Source of the DNA: a virus | Lineage: Duplodnaviria; Caudoviricetes | Strand: one strand, 5' to 3' | IMG/VR virus record: IMGVR_UViG_3300047308_000142 | Coordinates: 1-36,800 of that record | DNA: 36,800 nucleotides | Shown: piece after piece, positions 32,776 through 36,800 of the stretch | How positions within the stretch are numbered: position 1 is the first letter of the stretch | How the letters are laid out: every line of letters begins with the position of its first letter | The notes under the pieces: model-generated | Seen by the model: the letters and a program-made list of their open reading frames with translations, nothing else | The model's database searches: none | What the model was told of the DNA's origin: nothing | Position numbers and translations under genes: made by a program

Positions 32776-33060
32776 TTACTTCCTAGACAGCCAGTCGGCT
32801 ATAAGTCGTGCTATTTCTCGATGCTGATTGACAGTGGCCGCTAGCACAAAGGCCGCTGTTGTTTCTGAAATCGGATGCGGTATCTCGACGAACTTATGAA
32901 TCATATGCCCAACAAAAAGCGCAAGGCCACCAACCGTCGCTACTATTTTTAAGAGTAGTTTAATGGCTGCCCTGCGCGTTTTCGTTTCGCTATTTGTAAT
33001 AGTGACCACCGCCCCGCATACAGCCCCGCCGGCCACTGCAACGATGGTCTCTATGTCCAT
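32776..33060 (-). CDS. Membrane protein, holin-like
   Basis: 94 aa with 2-3 hydrophobic segments. Confidence 0.6.
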   Translation of the reverse strand: MDIETIVAVAGGAVCGAVVTITNSETKTRRAAIKLLLKIVATVGGLALFVGHMIHKFVEIPHPISETTAAFVLAATVNQHREIARLIADWLSRK

Positions 33061-34067
33061 CAGAGTTCCGCAGATATAGATGTGACGTTTAGGGTAGCTG
33101 AATAATCACTACCTGCGCCAGCAGCACAGACTAGCTGAGCGTGAACTAGACTTTGAGTCGATACAATCGTGCCGGCTGTAGCATTCACACCGCCTGACCA
33201 TGAAACCGTAGTAGTGGTAGGAGCGTCTCTTAGGGTCGTCGGGAAATAGTAAGTCGCGTAGCTAGACGAGCCTGCCGCGCCGTAGAATCTGTAGGTGGGC
33301 GTTTCGTTTGGGTGTAGGTAGTACCGTTGGCAAAGCAGCCCCTCTATCGCTCGCGGTCGATGCTCAAAAGGAGTTGCAACGGCCCCAGGCTCGAGCTGTA
33401 CGCCAGTGATGGCGAACACGTTGCCGATGGTGTCTAGGACGTTGACCTGGTTGGAGGTGGCGACGAAGTTGCCTGTCTGCCACGAGCCGGCCGTTGTTTG
33501 ATACGTCGCGCCAGAAGCAAGTACCCAACGCACACGTAATCCGACGCCGTTTGTGAAATCCCACGTTCCTGCTGTGATTAGTCCGCCTGATACGGTGACA
33601 GTCTTAAATTCCCAAGTGTTTGCGGCCGCAATCGAATACTCAGCCACATATGAGCGGTCATCGGCAAAATTTCCTAAGCTGATGCAATGAGTCCCTGTCT
33701 TTGCAGACCTGACCAAGAATGACAAGGTGAAATCTCGACCGATCAGGTCGTTAATGTTAAAACCCTCGATTCTTTGGCCAATAGCGCAATAGTCACCGGC
33801 AGCGATGCTTGCATCCGCAGTTGTGACAGCTAAGCGAAGGCTATTTCTAAAGCCTGTAGGCGCGTCGGTTTGCTGGCTAGCAGTCAAAACAGCGGTGGAT
33901 GACTTGCCGAAAACCCATCGGTCAAGACAGTACGCGCTATCAGCAATCGCAGCGAATGATGCACCGCGCTGGGATATATCCATCTTTCCATTGATGATGC
34001 GATTGCGCATGCCAAGCTCGTAGCCGCTGTTTGCGAGCATCGACGTCGTAATTTTTGTGGTTGACAT
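33060..34067 (-). CDS. Tail-fiber-associated protein with putative carbohydrate-binding domain
   Basis: RNRIINGKMDISQRG, QRIEG, TLSF, ITGVQLE.G.VATPFEHRP, LCQRYY: a widespread phage tail protein pattern. Confidence 0.8.
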   Translation of the reverse strand: MSTTKITTSMLANSGYELGMRNRIINGKMDISQRGASFAAIADSAYCLDRWVFGKSSTAVLTASQQTDAPTGFRNSLRLAVTTADASIAAGDYCAIGQRIEGFNINDLIGRDFTLSFLVRSAKTGTHCISLGNFADDRSYVAEYSIAAANTWEFKTVTVSGGLITAGTWDFTNGVGLRVRWVLASGATYQTTAGSWQTGNFVATSNQVNVLDTIGNVFAITGVQLEPGAVATPFEHRPRAIEGLLCQRYYLHPNETPTYRFYGAAGSSSYATYYFPTTLRDAPTTTTVSWSGGVNATAGTIVSTQSLVHAQLVCAAGAGSDYSATLNVTSISAEL

Positions 34068-34094
34068 GAATTAGTCCTTAGAGGTTGCCTTGGC

Positions 34095-35438
34095 TTACGG
34101 ATTGATTGAGCGGCTCTTTTCAAACCATCCAGATGAGCCTTTTATTAAGGTAAGAATCGCCCCATTTGTCCCTGTAAAATTCACGCCACCAGATAGTCGA
34201 AGTGTTGCACTGCGTTGCACCGTCGCGTTCCCGTCAGAGAACAAAATAGTTAATTCTTGTCCTTCAATCCCATTTATAAAATCTGTAATTGTGTATGGGC
34301 TTGCATTCGACGGTATTTGTAAAAAACTGATTTGAGCAACACTAGGAGTCGTGCTTCCTGCTGTACCAGATACTCTGTTATGTGCGAATGCTGTGTATAA
34401 CTTAAATGCAATGGCCCCGCCATTAAATAAGAATGACCCATAGACGGTGCTATTTGCCAGAAAATCTAAGTCATTAGAAGCATTTACCCTGACACCATAT
34501 CCTGCACTGTCTCCTGCAGCATTCATCCATCTAAGCATCTGATTGTTGTTGAATGCAACGTCTGAGACAATATGCACTCGTACACCGCTGTACCAGACGA
34601 TCCTTGATGGTTTTGCTCCGCCGAGCGATACGTGCATTGCTTGGCCAGAACCGGTGTTTATTGGGAATTCCTCCATCCCAATTTGAGCGCCATCCTGGAA
34701 GCTGTGAGCGATTGCAAACGTAGGGAAATTCCCGTTAACCTTGCCGTTCAAATAAGCAGTCGTTTGCGTAAACGAATGCGTGCCAGTTCCGGCTGAAGTC
34801 AAATCAATTGCCGAACCGCCCGCGAGTGTTGCTAGTGAAAAGGTGTTAGTAGTTGCCGATACAACGTAATAGCCGGTGTTTGCAGTAAGGCCGCCAATCG
34901 CTGTGCCAGTCGTCTCATATCTGACTAAATCACCGTTTCCAAACCCGTGAGCATTAGAGGTTACGGTATTCCCCGTTGTATCTACCGAGGACACTGTGGC
35001 CGCGGCGCTAGAAAGGTAGACTCCAAAATCTTGGTAGTTCGTTTGGTCAGACGTGTAGTCCGTACCAAATAACTTGAACGCTGATAACGTGCCGCTGGAC
35101 ACGCTGCCATTGGGCTCTACATATACACGCGTCGCGTTGTTCGGCCTGATGTCTTTAAAAGTCAGATGGCTATCTAATACACCCGGCTTTATAGATGTGT
35201 GAGTGAAAATCAGCCGACTATTTGACTCATCGTTTAGCACCACATTCAATGGTATTGTCAATAAAGCTTGGTTGTAGACCACTCCACGGTTAATTAAAAC
35301 AACCCCGCCAGTGCTCGAAATCGAATTGATCGCTAATTGAACTTTGGCACTCTCATCTGAGCCATCCCCAACAGCACCAAAGTCCTTAACGCTAACAAAG
35401 TCGCTCGCGCGATTAGCAAGGCTACGTGTTTGTGTCAT
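34095..35438 (-). CDS. Second tailspike-like receptor-binding protein (447 aa)
   Basis: ATG 35438 with AAGGA SD; VSVKDFGAVGDG motif; internal segment NAHGFGNGDLVRY...YYV...NTFSLAT. Confidence 0.8.
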   Translation of the reverse strand: MTQTRSLANRASDFVSVKDFGAVGDGSDESAKVQLAINSISSTGGVVLINRGVVYNQALLTIPLNVVLNDESNSRLIFTHTSIKPGVLDSHLTFKDIRPNNATRVYVEPNGSVSSGTLSAFKLFGTDYTSDQTNYQDFGVYLSSAAATVSSVDTTGNTVTSNAHGFGNGDLVRYETTGTAIGGLTANTGYYVVSATTNTFSLATLAGGSAIDLTSAGTGTHSFTQTTAYLNGKVNGNFPTFAIAHSFQDGAQIGMEEFPINTGSGQAMHVSLGGAKPSRIVWYSGVRVHIVSDVAFNNNQMLRWMNAAGDSAGYGVRVNASNDLDFLANSTVYGSFLFNGGAIAFKLYTAFAHNRVSGTAGSTTPSVAQISFLQIPSNASPYTITDFINGIEGQELTILFSDGNATVQRSATLRLSGGVNFTGTNGAILTLIKGSSGWFEKSRSINP

Positions 35439-35448
35439 TTCATTGTCC

Positions 35449-36673
35449 TTAGACGTAAAGGTCGCTTGCCGGAAGCGTCTTAACTGCAATTTGCGTCGCA
35501 GACCCCAGCCGATTTTCAACGTAAATGACGCCAGATGACGAGCTGATGTTGAGCCGGTTATCCGTTCCAGTTGTTCCGGTAAGGACGCCAGTCGTCAGGT
35601 TAACGCCAGTTGATAGTGTAGTCATCGCCCAAACGCTGCCGGGAAATCCGGTGTATCCGATCATCCCGTGCGTAAATGAGCTACCGCCGGAAACTACGAT
35701 TACACCGCCTGTAAATGTTGGTCTAAAGCTGACCACTGAATCATCGGGGATGGTGTAAATAAACCCTGACGAATACCTCGTTTGATATGCGAACGGATTA
35801 GATACGGCGTTTTGGAATTCGCATTTAACAGCATATAAAGCGCCATCATCACCGCCAGTCCGGGCATCCTCTGTAACGTAAAAAAGGTTAGTGCCTTCCG
35901 TCAGGTTGGTAGCCGTAGAAAAATATTGATTATTCCCAACCATTCCATAACGGGAGTATGTGTTGAATAGGATGGGCCTTACTGTAACGCCTGAATAGTT
36001 CCCGCCTTTGAAATTGATCTCGCAGTGTTCAATTTGCGCGTCATAGCACCGGAAAACACTGACAGTAGTATCTGCACCGAACACCACCATGTACTTGTTT
36101 AACTCGCCGTCTTCCCTTCGCACGCCGAACCGGCAATTTTTAACTTGCATTCCGCTGGATATTGCAGAATAAATCTGTTGCGGTTTGTTGCCGTCAAACT
36201 CGCAACCTTTAATTATAATTCCAGACGGGCACCCGTCGCTTACTAACGGGTTAATAAATCCACCATAGCTTAATGATGGGGTAAAATCACCGGAATACGC
36301 ATATCCATTGAATCCAACACCGCAATTGCTCATCACAAACAAACCTGACGAAACAATGATTCCTGCGTCAGTATTCCAAATGACATAGACGTTTTTACAA
36401 CTACAATTCGGAATTGCTTGATTTTGCGGGGCGTATATTCCGATTTTATTGTACGAAATAGCCGTGCTAACAAACGCCAAATTTACCGATGCAGTCATAT
36501 CCGGGTTGTAAGCCGTATCAACATCGGCATGAAACCCATAAAGCGTGTGATTTTTAATAACTACGCGATCGAACACAAGACTCCAAAGTCCTCGAATCTT
36601 GATGCCGCTGCTGTTGGCTACTGAAGCATTTCCGATGATTGACAAGTCGGAAATTGTGCTCCCATCAGACCAT
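35449..36673 (-). CDS. Tailspike, 3' part (beta-helix); continuation of 1145..1
   Basis: In frame and stop-free across the junction (...STTYGNQVWSDGSTISDLSIIG...); Asn/Gly/Ile-rich beta-helix-like sequence. Confidence 0.88.
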
Positions 36674-36800
36674 ACCTGATTACCATAGGTAGTCGATCCA
36701 ACAGAGTGGTTGAAATCAAAACAATATCCAGACGCAACTCTGTTATCAAATACCGTGACGTCTGGGCCGTCTCCAATAATTCTTACACCTGGTCGTTTAA
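36674..36800. repeat. Terminal direct repeat, copy 2
   Basis: Matches bases 1-127. Confidence 0.95.

Noticed and set aside
33060-36673. Diversity-generating retroelement acting on the tail genes
   Set aside because: No reverse transcriptase and no TR/VR repeat pair were seen.
36674-36800. 127-bp terminal repeat as a biological genome end
   Set aside because: It falls mid-gene and has a typical assembler k-mer length; it most likely only marks circular closure of a permuted genome.

Overview
The window is an apparently complete, circularly assembled genome (36,673 bp unique; bases 1-127 recur at 36674-36800) of a podovirus with a P22/Sf6-like virion module. A long minus-strand arm carries terS, terL, portal, scaffold, coat, gp4, gp10, a needle-like protein, three ejection proteins, a tailspike crossing the contig junction, two more receptor-binding proteins and lysis genes. 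A plus-strand early arm carries a Sak4-like ATPase, SSB, Cas4-like exonuclease, SF2 helicase, VRR-NUC nuclease, Arc-like regulator and many small genes. A Cro-like gene and a primase-helicase, followed by an iteron-like origin, sit between the arms. No integrase, CI, tRNA or CRISPR was recognised. The most striking element is a 314-aa intein in the Walker A motif of terL whose central region encodes a complete HNH endonuclease on the opposite strand, with its own SD and -10 box, while the intein frame stays open. All family calls come from motif recognition by eye, not database searches.
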